Positions 1 through 9,451 are shown, counted from the first letter of the stretch. The stretch is 64,000 nt of DNA from an archaeon (GCA_035291225.1 DATDSO010000010.1:82090-146089); one strand, 5' to 3'. The notes: generated by a model from the sequence alone, not told the origin. Program-made: numbers and translations.

Positions 1-97
1 TTTTCTGCCAGCGCCACACAATAACAAAATCTCCCTCGCGAAAATTAGGCTCCATGCTTTGCTCGCGGGTTTTGTAGATAGAGATTGGAAAGCACAT
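1..97 (-). CDS. sodX: Ni-SOD maturation protease (S26 family), 5' part; runs off the window
   Basis: Not in the ORF track. Translation from ATG at 97 gives MCFPISIYKTREQSMEPNFREGDFVIVWRWQK..., with the S26 'SMxPxxxxGDxVxV' catalytic Ser motif; lies directly downstream of sodN. Confidence 0.8.
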   Translation of the reverse strand, partial: MCFPISIYKTREQSMEPNFREGDFVIVWRWQK

Positions 98-108
98 TCG
101 CTTCACTT

Positions 109-627
109 TTACAAACTCGGCCAAATCATTTCTTTTTTTGTTGGATACGGCGCAGTTGCTTTAAAAATTTCTAAACCTTTCGTTCTCCAGAAAATTTCTG
201 AAATTTTGTTTACACTTTCCAAAAGCTCTTCAGAAGCGCTCAAATTTATTTCCTGCCTTGCTTTGCTAGCGAGCTTCAAAGTTTTCCAAACCAAATCATT
301 TAGCTCGGGAAATTTCTGCAAATGCTCGGGCTTGAAATAATCTCCCCAAAGAATTCTCACTTCATTTTTCAAAATTTCCGCGTGCTGCTCTTTCACTAAA
401 ATATATCTCTGAATTTTGTTTAGAGCTTCCATTCTTTGCTCAGGAGTCATCTGCGGAACTATTGGAGGCAGCTCTGAAATTAAATTTACCATTCTAATAA
501 TTGTATGCGCCGCCATCTGCGCGCTGTGCGGATCGTAAATTCCGCAGGGAATATCGCAGTGCGCGTGCGCAATTCGCGCTGGAAAAATTTTGTCTATTGC
601 TGAAAAGATTTTGTGTATTGCTGGCAT
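109..627 (-). CDS. sodN: Nickel superoxide dismutase precursor
   Basis: Ni-hook HCDIPCGIYDP after a leader ending AHA; also VKEQHAE and ILWGDYFK. ATG at 627 preferred over TTG at 636. Confidence 0.95.
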   Translation of the reverse strand: MPAIHKIFSAIDKIFPARIAHAHCDIPCGIYDPHSAQMAAHTIIRMVNLISELPPIVPQMTPEQRMEALNKIQRYILVKEQHAEILKNEVRILWGDYFKPEHLQKFPELNDLVWKTLKLASKARQEINLSASEELLESVNKISEIFWRTKGLEIFKATAPYPTKKEMIWPSL

Positions 628-666
628 AATAATCAAATAAAGTTATAATAGACTTATATAAAAAGC

Positions 667-1272
667 TTATGTTTCTTCAGCCATGCCCAAACTATTTTTC
701 AGGAATCCATCCCATTTTTTGTAGTGCACAAGAATCCCTTCTGGAGAAAGAACATGCCGTGGGCATGCGCTTTCCAAATCATCTTCTCCAATGCGTATCC
801 AAGCACCGCGCGTGTTCCCTTGTACGATTGCGTCCAGAACTTTTTTTCTACTTGCCCTGCCTAATAATTTCTGCCTCCGATCCTCCACAACGCTTATCTG
901 ATCCACATGCTTCTGTCTTAAATTCCATCTTGTTCTTTTATGTTCTTTCTCTCGGACAAATTTTTCCATAGCGCTCCTGTCCACGACATAAATATCCGTC
1001 ACATCACCACCGTTATGCCTGACATAAAAATACTGGAGGGAAAAATTTAGCCTTTCCGCTTCTGCAGAATATTTTCTGAACTGCTCAACAGCTATTATAG
1101 TTCTCTCATGATTTCCGAACGCTTTTACTTCTCCGATAACTCGCTGCGCTTCATCATAAATATCTGGCTGATATCCACCTCTTTTTTCTTTGCGCTCTAA
1201 GCCAAAAATTTCTGAAACCCTGTGCTCGCATTCTACTCCATGATAAACCCTTCTCGAATGTGAAGAAGACAT
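667..1272 (-). CDS. Hypothetical protein, putative PD-(D/E)XK nuclease fold
   Basis: E...QPDIYD...IGEVK resembles the E-PD-(D/E)xK motif. Confidence 0.5.
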   Translation of the reverse strand: MSSSHSRRVYHGVECEHRVSEIFGLERKEKRGGYQPDIYDEAQRVIGEVKAFGNHERTIIAVEQFRKYSAEAERLNFSLQYFYVRHNGGDVTDIYVVDRSAMEKFVREKEHKRTRWNLRQKHVDQISVVEDRRQKLLGRASRKKVLDAIVQGNTRGAWIRIGEDDLESACPRHVLSPEGILVHYKKWDGFLKNSLGMAEET

Positions 1273-1405
1273 GACTCTTCTGAGAAATTAAAAGTTTTAA
1301 GCTTGCTTTCAAACCGCCAATCCACAAAGCTTATAAACTATAACTCACTTATAATCTTACGGTAGCTTTATTAACCAGTTATGAAAATTATAATCGTGTG
1401 ATAAA

Positions 1406-1762
1406 ATGTTAATGCCCTGCGAAGCAATAATCAAAAGCTTTTTGCCCGCTATAAGAGCGGCAACAGCAAAAAAACTTTCCGACGAGCATGAACTCTCTCA
1501 GGCAACAATCGCAAAAAATCTGGGAATAACACAGGCCGCCGTAAGCAACTATCTCTCGGGAAAATATGCAAAGCACATAAAAGAAATCGAGTCAAATTCA
1601 GAAATACAAAAAACTGCAAACAGGATTGCGCAGATGGTTGCTGTTGAAAGGAAAGAAAAAAAGCATGTTGTCAACACAATTTGCCTGGCGTGCGACAATT
1701 TTGCAGACTTGAGCTGCAAGGCAAACAAAAATTCAGCTGTTGTAAAGGCTTTTTTTAGATGA
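1406..1762 (+). CDS. Archaeal XRE/HTH transcriptional regulator with Cys motifs (COG2522-like)
   Basis: N-terminal PCE...LPAIRA, HTH SQATIAKNLGITQAAVSNYL, C-terminal CLAC...C. Confidence 0.85.
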   Translation: MLMPCEAIIKSFLPAIRAATAKKLSDEHELSQATIAKNLGITQAAVSNYLSGKYAKHIKEIESNSEIQKTANRIAQMVAVERKEKKHVVNTICLACDNFADLSCKANKNSAVVKAFFR

Positions 1763-1798
1763 AAAATTATTTTTATGAAAATAAAATCTGGTGAAAAA

Positions 1799-2389
1799 AT
1801 GCCGCTAACACTAACAAAAGAAACAATAATCAGCGAAGTGATAGAAAAATATCCGGCAGTTGCGGAAGTTTTGTCAGAGGCAGGATTGGGATGCGGTGGC
1901 TGCTCTTCCAGCGAGGGAGAGACAATCGCAGATGGTTTAATGTCTCATGGATTAACAGGCGAGGATGTTGATTCTTTCCTTGAGCAGATAAATACGCAGA
2001 TTGCTGCGCTTGAAAAAGCTGGCACGTTTAATGAACAAAAAGAAGAAAATGAAAAACCGAAACAAATTATAATCACAGACCCTGCAGCGGAAAAAGCAAA
2101 AGAGCTTATGAAAAAGCAAAATTTGAACGGAGAGCATGCTCTTAGAATAAAAGCGACCCCCGGCGGCTGCGCAGGCTTCAGGTATGGAATGGCTTTTGAC
2201 AAGCTTGCGAACGCAAACGGAGATGTTGTGCTGGAAAAATCCGGGCTTAAAATCCTTCTTGACCAGAAAAGCGCAGAGCGCTTGGGCGGGACAACAATTG
2301 ATTTTGTTGAAGATTTGGAAGGCTCGCGGTTCGTTTTCAACAACCCGTCGGCCAAAGCCACCTGCGGCTGCGGAAAATCCTTCAGATGA
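1799..2389 (+). CDS. DUF1858-like domain fused to an A-type Fe-S carrier (HesB/IscA/SufA)
   Basis: N-terminal EVIEKYP...GLGCGGC...ETI; C-terminal GGCAGFRY and NP...TCGCGKSF. Confidence 0.9.
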   Translation: MPLTLTKETIISEVIEKYPAVAEVLSEAGLGCGGCSSSEGETIADGLMSHGLTGEDVDSFLEQINTQIAALEKAGTFNEQKEENEKPKQIIITDPAAEKAKELMKKQNLNGEHALRIKATPGGCAGFRYGMAFDKLANANGDVVLEKSGLKILLDQKSAERLGGTTIDFVEDLEGSRFVFNNPSAKATCGCGKSFR

Positions 2390-2422
2390 AGCTTTATATA
2401 CCACTTAGGAGTAAATTATAGT

Positions 2423-2692
2423 ATGTCTAACTTCAGAATTGAGCATGACCGGCCCAACTGCATTGCCTGCGGAGCTTGCGCTGCTGTGACTCCGGATTTT
2501 TGGGAAATGAGCCCGGCGGATGGAAAGTCTGATATCAAAGGCTCGGAAAGAATTATGAACGGCGGCTCAGAAATTGTTTTGGAAAAACTTTCAATAGAGG
2601 AAAAAGATTTTCAGATAAACAAGGACGCGGCAGACGCATGCCCGGTTAATGTTATTCACATTTTCAAAGAAAGCGGGGAGAAGATAATTTAG
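2423..2692 (+). CDS. Monocluster ferredoxin
   Basis: CIACGACAAV...DACPVNVI. Confidence 0.9.
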   Translation: MSNFRIEHDRPNCIACGACAAVTPDFWEMSPADGKSDIKGSERIMNGGSEIVLEKLSIEEKDFQINKDAADACPVNVIHIFKESGEKII

Positions 2693-2705
2693 AAAAAAAT
2701 TTCAT

Positions 2706-2846
2706 AGGCTCGGCAAATTCGTAAACTCATTTGCCTCGCCGACTAATGTGTGAAAAGAAAAAATCGGACGCGAAAGAATTTTTTGGCAATAGGATTTTGA
2801 CACATCAGTTGCGAGCGAGTTTTGGTTTACCAAAACGAGCGAGCCT
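2706..2846. mobile_element. Palindromic MITE/REP-like insertion
   Basis: Terminal inverted repeat AGGCTCG/CGAGCCT, nested hairpins, flanked by imperfect direct repeats TTAG(A)7TTTCAT and TTAG(A)8TCAT. Confidence 0.5.
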
Positions 2847-2871
2847 TAGAAAAAAAATCATGAGTGATGAT

Positions 2872-3624
2872 ATGCCAACCCTTGAAATAAAAAACCTCCA
2901 CGCGTCCGTGGATGGAAAAAAAATATTGAATGGAGTTTCGCTTACTGTTAAGTCTGGAGAAGTGCATGCAATCATGGGCCCGAATGGCTCGGGAAAATCC
3001 ACGCTCTCATTTTTGCTCATGGGCCACCCGAAATACAAAATAGACTCTGGGGAAATTTTGTTTGACGGAAAAAATATTTCCGAGCTGGCCGCGGACAAGC
3101 GCGCAAAGCTTGGAATGTTTTTAGGATTTCAATACCCGAGCGAAATCGCTGGGGTTTCTGTTTTCAATTTTTTGCGGACAACTTATAATTCTTTGCAGAG
3201 CAACGGCCACGCAAAGGAAATTCCTGTTTTAGAATTTGCAAGCCTGATGAATGAAAAAGCAAAAGTTGTCGGGATAGAAGCAGGAATGGTAAAGAGAAAT
3301 CTCAACGAGGGATTTTCCGGCGGAGAGAAAAAGAGAAATGAGATTTTGCAAATGGCTGTTTTGAAGCCTAAGCTTGCGATTCTTGACGAGCCCGACTCTG
3401 GAACTGACATTGATGGCCTGAGAAATATTGCGAACGGAATAAACAAAGTTGTCGCAGAAAACAAAACCGGCGTGCTTTTGATAACCCACTACAACAGGAT
3501 TTTGCAGCACGTGCGCCCGAACTTTGTGCATATTTTTGTTGATGGAAAAATTGTCAAGAGCGGCGGGCCTGAGCTCGCAGAAGAAGTTGAAAAAAGCGGG
3601 TATGATGTTTATAGGAATAATTAA
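2872..3624 (+). CDS. sufC: Fe-S cluster assembly ATPase SufC
   Basis: GPNGSGKST, GFQYP, NEGFSGGEKKRNE, LDEPDSG; start at 2860 or 2872. Confidence 0.97.
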   Translation: MPTLEIKNLHASVDGKKILNGVSLTVKSGEVHAIMGPNGSGKSTLSFLLMGHPKYKIDSGEILFDGKNISELAADKRAKLGMFLGFQYPSEIAGVSVFNFLRTTYNSLQSNGHAKEIPVLEFASLMNEKAKVVGIEAGMVKRNLNEGFSGGEKKRNEILQMAVLKPKLAILDEPDSGTDIDGLRNIANGINKVVAENKTGVLLITHYNRILQHVRPNFVHIFVDGKIVKSGGPELAEEVEKSGYDVYRNN

Positions 3625-3637
3625 TTGGTGAAAATTT

Positions 3638-4183
3638 ATGCCAACACAAGAATATGCTATCGGAATAGAATCATTTCAAGAGATTTTAGAAGGAATGAAA
3701 ACTAGAGGAGGCACAAATATAGAAATTGCAGTCGGACCTGGCATAGTTAGAGTTTGCGGATATAATTCAGATGAACCTCTTTATTTTATAGATTTCGAAG
3801 GCAATCCGGATATTGCCTCTTTTGAACAAAATATAAAAAAGGCCAAAGATATCGAAGAAATTTTAAAACAACATGGTTACCCTGTTAAAATTGAATATTA
3901 TGGCTCACTGAAAGATGTGAAGAGTTCTGTTTTTAAAGATGGATATTATCGCGATTTTTATGTGAGAAGTGGAAAGTTGGAATCCGGACATGAGCTTCTT
4001 TGGATTGAATTGCATGGAGCAAAATCTTTGGCCAAACACTTGCCAGATGCTTCATCTGAAGAAGAAACGGATAAAATCAAATCTGAAGCAGAGCAAGGAG
4101 TAGACCCGCTTCATTATTTTGATTTTAAACTAGACGAAGTGGCACCTGAAGTTGATGAAACCACAATAGAAAAATGGAAGTGA
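3638..4183 (+). CDS. Hypothetical acidic protein inserted in the suf operon
   Basis: 181-aa ORF with GGTGA SD; no recognisable motif. Confidence 0.7.
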   Translation: MPTQEYAIGIESFQEILEGMKTRGGTNIEIAVGPGIVRVCGYNSDEPLYFIDFEGNPDIASFEQNIKKAKDIEEILKQHGYPVKIEYYGSLKDVKSSVFKDGYYRDFYVRSGKLESGHELLWIELHGAKSLAKHLPDASSEEETDKIKSEAEQGVDPLHYFDFKLDEVAPEVDETTIEKWK

Positions 4184-4188
4184 TATTT

Positions 4189-5595
4189 ATGCCAGCCCCC
4201 AAATCCAGTTTCCTAGACATTAACCAAAAGAGCTCAGACTTCAAAATGGAAGTGGAATATTCAACAGAGCTGCCGAAAGGCTTGTCAGCAGAAGTTGTGA
4301 AAAAGATTTCAGAAATAAAAGGCGAGCCAGAGTGGATGCTTGCATTAAGATTAAAAGCTTTTGAGCATTTCACAAAAAGAGCAATGCCAACTTGGGGCCC
4401 AGACCTCTCTGCAATGAACTTTGATGAAATTACTTATTACAGAAAGCCTGCCGGAAAAAACGCAAAAGACTGGAAAGATGTTCCGGAAAATATCAAAAAA
4501 ACTTTTGAGCGCCTGGGAATTCCAGAGGCAGAAAGAAATTTTCTCGCGGGCGCGGGCGCGCAGATGGAATCCGAATCAATCTACCACAAAGTCCGCGATG
4601 ACTTGGCAAAGCTTGGAGTTATTTTCTGCGACATGGACACAGCTGTGCGCGAGTATCCAGAAATTGTGAAAAAATATTTCGGAACAGTTGTGCCTTACAA
4701 TGACAACAAATTCGCGAGCCTCAATACAGCAGTATGGTCAGGCGGAAGTTTTGTTTACATTCCAAAAGGAGTTCATGTTGAATTGCCTTTGCAGGCTTAT
4801 TTCAGAATCAATGCCGAAAGAACCGGGCAGTTTGAAAGAACAATGATAATTGTTGAAGATGGCGCGAGCGTGCACTATATTGAAGGTTGTTCCGCCCCAA
4901 GCTATTCTGAAAATTCTTTGCACGCGGCTGTTGTGGAATTAATTGCGCTGCCCGGCTCGCGCGTCCGCTACACAACTTTGCAAAACTGGGCAACAAACAT
5001 TTTTAATTTAGTTACAAAAAGAGCGCACGCCCACGAGGGAGCGTATGTGGAATGGGTTGATGCGAATGTCGGCTCTGCAATAACTATGAAATATCCGTCT
5101 GTGTTTTTAATTGGCGAAGGCTCGCGCGCGGATATTCTTTCAGTTGCATTTGCAAACTCAAACCAAATCCAGGACACGGGCGCGAAAGCAATTCACATTG
5201 GAGCAAACACTTCCTCAACAATTCTTTCAAAGTCTGTTTCAAAAGGCAGCGGCTTCACAAATTTCCGCGGGCTCGTGCAGATTTACAAAGGCGCGCGAAA
5301 TTCAAAGTCACATATGAAGTGCGACGCGCTCATGCTAGATTCGGAATCAAAATCAGACACAATTCCAACTTTGAAAATAGATGAGAAGGAAGTCCAGTGC
5401 GGGCACGAGGCGGTTGTGGGAAAAGTTTCCGAGGACCAGCTTTTCTATTTAATGAGCCGCGGTTTGACTGAGCAGCAGGCAACAACAATGATTGTCTCAG
5501 GATTTTTGCAGGCGTTCACAAAATCTCTGCCGCTTGAATATGCGATTGAATTTAACAGATTGATTGAATTGGAAATGACCGGTTCGGTCGGGTGA
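4189..5595 (+). CDS. sufB: Fe-S cluster assembly protein SufB
   Basis: GEPEWML, GAGAQMESE, PLQAYFRIN, GQFERT, EGCSAP, LMSRG, EMTGSVG. Confidence 0.97.
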   Translation: MPAPKSSFLDINQKSSDFKMEVEYSTELPKGLSAEVVKKISEIKGEPEWMLALRLKAFEHFTKRAMPTWGPDLSAMNFDEITYYRKPAGKNAKDWKDVPENIKKTFERLGIPEAERNFLAGAGAQMESESIYHKVRDDLAKLGVIFCDMDTAVREYPEIVKKYFGTVVPYNDNKFASLNTAVWSGGSFVYIPKGVHVELPLQAYFRINAERTGQFERTMIIVEDGASVHYIEGCSAPSYSENSLHAAVVELIALPGSRVRYTTLQNWATNIFNLVTKRAHAHEGAYVEWVDANVGSAITMKYPSVFLIGEGSRADILSVAFANSNQIQDTGAKAIHIGANTSSTILSKSVSKGSGFTNFRGLVQIYKGARNSKSHMKCDALMLDSESKSDTIPTLKIDEKEVQCGHEAVVGKVSEDQLFYLMSRGLTEQQATTMIVSGFLQAFTKSLPLEYAIEFNRLIELEMTGSVG

Positions 5596-6827
5596 TTTTT
5601 CTGAATGAAAAATTCTGGTTGGGAATAAAAAAAGATTTTCCTGTTTTGCAAAGAAAAATAAATGGAAAGAAAATTATTTATTTGGACAACGCAGCCACGA
5701 GTCAAAAGCCGCTCCAAGTTATAGAAGCAATTTCACATTTCTACAAAACCTGCAATGCAAATGTGGGCCGCAGCATTCACACGCTCGCAGAAGAGGCAAC
5801 TGAAAAGTTTGAGGAAGCGCGCGAGAAAGTTGCGCGATTTATTGGAGCTCCTTTCAGCAGAGAAATAATTTTCACGCGCAACGCTACTGAAGCAATAAAT
5901 TTAGTTGCTTATTCTTTTGGGCAAACTCTAAAAGCTGGCGATGAAATAATTTCCACTGTAATGGAGCACCACTCAAATATTGTTCCGTGGCAGTTTCTGA
6001 AAACCCGCGGGGTTAAATTGAAATTTATTGATATTGATGAAAATGGAAATTTGGATTTGCAGCAATTTAAAAAATTGCTGAGCAAAAAAACAAAACTTGT
6101 TTGCCTGACTCATGTTTCAAATGTTCTCGGAACAATAAATCCGGTTGAGGAAATTTGCAAGCTCGCTCATGCAGCAGGCAGCCTTGTGCTTGTGGATGGC
6201 GCGCAGTCTGCCCCGCACATGCCTGTTAATGTGAAAAAACTTGGATGTGATTTTTTTGTTTTCTCTGGGCACAAAATGCTTGGGCCAACTGGGATTGGAG
6301 TTTTGTGGGGGCGAGCAGAAATATTGGAAAAACTTTCTCCATTCTTGGGCGGCGGGGATATGATTCGCGAAGTGAAATTAGAAGAAACAACTTTCAATGA
6401 ACTCCCATGGAAATTTGAGGCAGGCACTCCGAATATTGAAGGAGCGATTGCTCTCGGCGCAGCTATTGATTATTTGGAAAAAATCGGAATGCAAAAAATC
6501 CGCGAGCACGAAATTGAAATTACAAAATATGCTCTGGGAAAACTTTCCGAAATTTCTGGTGTGAAAATTTCTGGACCCACTCACGCAGCCGAGCGCGGCG
6601 GAGTTGTTTCATTTAATCTGAAAGGAGCGCACCCGCATGATGTTGCGCAAATTTTAGATGAGAGTGGAATTGCAATTCGCAGCGGGCACGCATGCTGCCA
6701 ACCTTTAATGAAAAGGCTCGGAATTGCAGCAGTCTGCCGCGCGAGCTTTTACATTTACAATTCCAAGGAAGATGTGGACGCTCTTGTTGCAGGAATAGAA
6801 AAAGTGAAAAAGGTTTTGAGGATTTGA
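5592..6827 (+). CDS. sufS: Cysteine desulfurase SufS
   Basis: YLDNAATSQKP, MEHHSN, FSGHKMLGP, RSGHACCQP. Confidence 0.97.
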   Translation: MIFLNEKFWLGIKKDFPVLQRKINGKKIIYLDNAATSQKPLQVIEAISHFYKTCNANVGRSIHTLAEEATEKFEEAREKVARFIGAPFSREIIFTRNATEAINLVAYSFGQTLKAGDEIISTVMEHHSNIVPWQFLKTRGVKLKFIDIDENGNLDLQQFKKLLSKKTKLVCLTHVSNVLGTINPVEEICKLAHAAGSLVLVDGAQSAPHMPVNVKKLGCDFFVFSGHKMLGPTGIGVLWGRAEILEKLSPFLGGGDMIREVKLEETTFNELPWKFEAGTPNIEGAIALGAAIDYLEKIGMQKIREHEIEITKYALGKLSEISGVKISGPTHAAERGGVVSFNLKGAHPHDVAQILDESGIAIRSGHACCQPLMKRLGIAAVCRASFYIYNSKEDVDALVAGIEKVKKVLRI

Positions 6828-6831
6828 TTTT

Positions 6832-7359
6832 ATGCCAGGAAAAGTTTATCAGATAAATGTTAAGCCGGACACTCCTGGCGAACATGGTTTGCCAAAGAGA
6901 TCTGTTGAGCATGTTGTAGTAACTCGATTAGGTTTAGAAGGAGATTTCTGCAGGCACAGATATGAACATGGCAATGCTCCAGAGAGAGCTCTTTTAATTT
7001 ATCCTTTGGAAGAAATCAGGCTGCTTAAATTAGAAGGATGGCCTATTGAGGCTGGCCATATAGGAGAAAATTTAACAACAGAAGGAATTCCTTATGAACA
7101 ATTTGGCACTCAGCAGCAAGATGGAGGAAAACAAAAATATGTTCTCGTTGATGGAAAGAGATTTAGAATCGGTGAATCTGTTGAAATACAAATAGCAAAA
7201 GTTTGTAATCCCTGCTCTAATTTATCTCTGCTTCCTTATGTTGATAGAAAATTTCCAGAATTTTTCAGAAGAGTTGTTGGAAAAAGAGGTTGGTATGCAA
7301 AAGTTTTGAAAGATGGTGAAATCAAAAGAGGAGATCCAATAGCAGAGGTGGCAGCATGA
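6832..7359 (+). CDS. MOSC-domain protein (YiiM-like)
   Basis: GLEGD, ERALL, GENLTTEG, CNPC, RGWYAKVLKDGEIKRGD. Confidence 0.85.
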   Translation: MPGKVYQINVKPDTPGEHGLPKRSVEHVVVTRLGLEGDFCRHRYEHGNAPERALLIYPLEEIRLLKLEGWPIEAGHIGENLTTEGIPYEQFGTQQQDGGKQKYVLVDGKRFRIGESVEIQIAKVCNPCSNLSLLPYVDRKFPEFFRRVVGKRGWYAKVLKDGEIKRGDPIAEVAA

Positions 7360-7736
7360 GCCTTGACATGTACGCAGAACAAATCCTTGACTACTACAAA
7401 AATCCCCGAAATTTTGGGGAAATAAAAAATGCGCAAATTCATGCGCGCGATTTGAATCCTTTGTGCGGGGATGAGATAGAAATTTTTGCGAAAGCAAATG
7501 GTCAAATGATTTCTGAAATAAAATTCAAGGGCGTGGGCTGCGCGATTTCAATGGCAAGCGCCAGCATGCTTACAGAAAAAGCAAAGGGGAAAAATATTTC
7601 TGAAGTTATGAAATTTGGAGAGAAAGAAATCTTGGAAATGCTTGGAATAGAAGTTTCTCCTGCGCGAAAAAAGTGCGCAATGCTCGGGCTTTGGGTTTTG
7701 CAGATGGGCCTGAAAAAGTTTCTAGAGAAAAAATAA
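7356..7736 (+). CDS. sufU: NifU_N-type scaffold SufU/IscU
   Basis: ILDYYKNPRNFG, NPLCGD, GCAISMASAS, ARKKCAML. Confidence 0.9.
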   Translation: MSLDMYAEQILDYYKNPRNFGEIKNAQIHARDLNPLCGDEIEIFAKANGQMISEIKFKGVGCAISMASASMLTEKAKGKNISEVMKFGEKEILEMLGIEVSPARKKCAMLGLWVLQMGLKKFLEKK

Positions 7737-7924
7737 TTCTAAAAATCAAAAATCACCCAATTAAAGTGGTTTGATATTAATGGGTGATTTAGGTGACAAT
7801 GTTTGGTGTTCCGATATTAGAAAAATAAAATACGAACACCACACATTGTCAGGATATCCAGATACCACAGATATAATTATGGTTGCTTTGCAACCACCTA
7901 TTAAAAATAGGTGGTATCTGTCTA

Positions 7925-8584
7925 TCAGCAATAGCACCCATAAGGCCCGCGGCCGCAGGACACGCAGCTGTTTCCTGAGCATCTCTTGCATCCGCTGCAC
8001 TGGGAATCATTTGTGCAGTCCACATCCACGCATTTTTTGTTTGAGCAAATTTGTTTGTAGCCGCAGGCTGAATTTGAGGTGCATTCGGCTGTTGTGGTTG
8101 TTGCGGGCAATGTAGTTGTTGTGGTTGAAGAAGTGGTAGTTGAAGGAGTTGTTGTAGGAGGCAATGTAGTTGTTGTGGTTGAAGAAGTTGTTGTTGAAGA
8201 ACTTGTTGTTGTGCTGCTGCTTGTCGCAGATGTTGTTGTTCCTTGCGGAATGTTTTGCTTTAATCCCGCAGATTCCTTAACCGCGCAAACAACCTGATAA
8301 GTTTTCGCGTCCATCCAAACTATTAGCTTTGTATCGTTGCCTTCATCATCAATTGTTGTTTTGTAATAGCTGCCGACTTGAAAATTCTCGCAGTCTTTTT
8401 TTATTTCTTCCATCCGCGAAACAATCTCTCCCTGGCTAATTAGGCTTGTGGCAATTTTTGCATTCGGATATTGTGAAAGAAAATTCTGAATAGCCGGACT
8501 TGCTTTCAAATAAAGATCAATTTGGCTGGCTGTGCAGCCTGCCACCAGAACAACTCCCAGAAGCAAAATAGAAATTATTTTCAT
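7925..8584 (-). CDS. Lipoprotein with Thr/Ser linker and Cys-rich C-terminus
   Basis: Lipobox LVAGC; poly-Thr linker containing a duplicated ~28-bp segment; two 'CTxxSxC' Cys repeats. Confidence 0.8.
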   Translation of the reverse strand: MKIISILLLGVVLVAGCTASQIDLYLKASPAIQNFLSQYPNAKIATSLISQGEIVSRMEEIKKDCENFQVGSYYKTTIDDEGNDTKLIVWMDAKTYQVVCAVKESAGLKQNIPQGTTTSATSSSTTTSSSTTTSSTTTTTLPPTTTPSTTTSSTTTTTLPATTTTAECTSNSACGYKQICSNKKCVDVDCTNDSQCSGCKRCSGNSCVSCGRGPYGCYC

Positions 8585-8671
8585 AGATTAATAACTATCG
8601 GGCTATTTTTAAATGTTTTGTGGTTGGAGCTAAGAAGCTTTTTTGGATGGGTTGCGATTAAAACATAAAAC

Positions 8672-9007
8672 CTACTCGTATTCTCTCCAAACATTCTCGC
8701 ATTTCGTGCAGCGATAAAATCTTGTCGGTGGCTCATCGCTTGCGCGAGTTTGCTGCATCCACCAGAATGCCTCCACATGTTCACATTTTGGGCAGGCAAT
8801 ATTTGTTTTCGGAAGAACATCAACTTTCGCTTTTTTGTCAACAACAATAATTTTCTCATCCTTCTTTTGCATTGTTGAAGATATTTTAAAGTCACCCCTG
8901 CCGGCAGAAGAAGTTTTTTTCTTTCCGCAGTTCCTGCAAACCAGAGCAGTGCTTTTGCCAGCCTTGTGCGGCATCATCAGCCCGCCGCATTTATCGCAGA
9001 ATTCCAT
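8672..9007 (-). CDS. tfs: Transcription factor S
   Basis: Two Zn ribbons and QTRASDEPPTRFYRC. Confidence 0.97.
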   Translation of the reverse strand: MEFCDKCGGLMMPHKAGKSTALVCRNCGKKKTSSAGRGDFKISSTMQKKDEKIIVVDKKAKVDVLPKTNIACPKCEHVEAFWWMQQTRASDEPPTRFYRCTKCENVWREYE

Positions 9008-9070
9008 GGTTTTAGAGATGGAATTCGGGATTTTTAAAGGTTTATAAAATGGAAAAAATAAAGTTGTGTC

Positions 9071-9451
9071 ATGACACCAATAGAAACAATGGCTCTGCTT
9101 GTAGTTCTGCTTGGCTTGATAAAACTTGCTGTTATTCTGTCAAACCCGCAAAAATGGATGTTTGTTATGCGCGCATTTTACTCGCGGCCAAAATTTACAA
9201 CGGCTTTTTCAGTTGCGCTTATTGCAATTTCCCTTTTTTTCCTTTTAGCTGAACTTACAATTGTCCAGATTTTTGCAACAATGATTTTTTTCATGGGCTT
9301 AATGTTAATGGGATTTTCTGCGTATTCAAAGGAGATGCTTGCATTGTCTCAGAAAATGTTGAAAGATAAAAATTCTCTGAAAAAAGCATGGCTTTCAATT
9401 GTTGTTTGGCTCGCGCTTTCTGTTTGGGTTTTGTATGGGATTTTATTTTGA
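9071..9451 (+). CDS. Hypothetical membrane protein
   Basis: About 4 hydrophobic segments. Confidence 0.75.
   Translation: MTPIETMALLVVLLGLIKLAVILSNPQKWMFVMRAFYSRPKFTTAFSVALIAISLFFLLAELTIVQIFATMIFFMGLMLMGFSAYSKEMLALSQKMLKDKNSLKKAWLSIVVWLALSVWVLYGILF

Noticed and set aside
2731..2859. N-terminal extension of SufC
   Set aside because: It runs through the palindromic element; SufC homology starts at MPTLEIK
8085..8245. GTT-rich repeat tract as a non-coding repeat
   Set aside because: It encodes the Thr/Ser linker of the minus-strand lipoprotein
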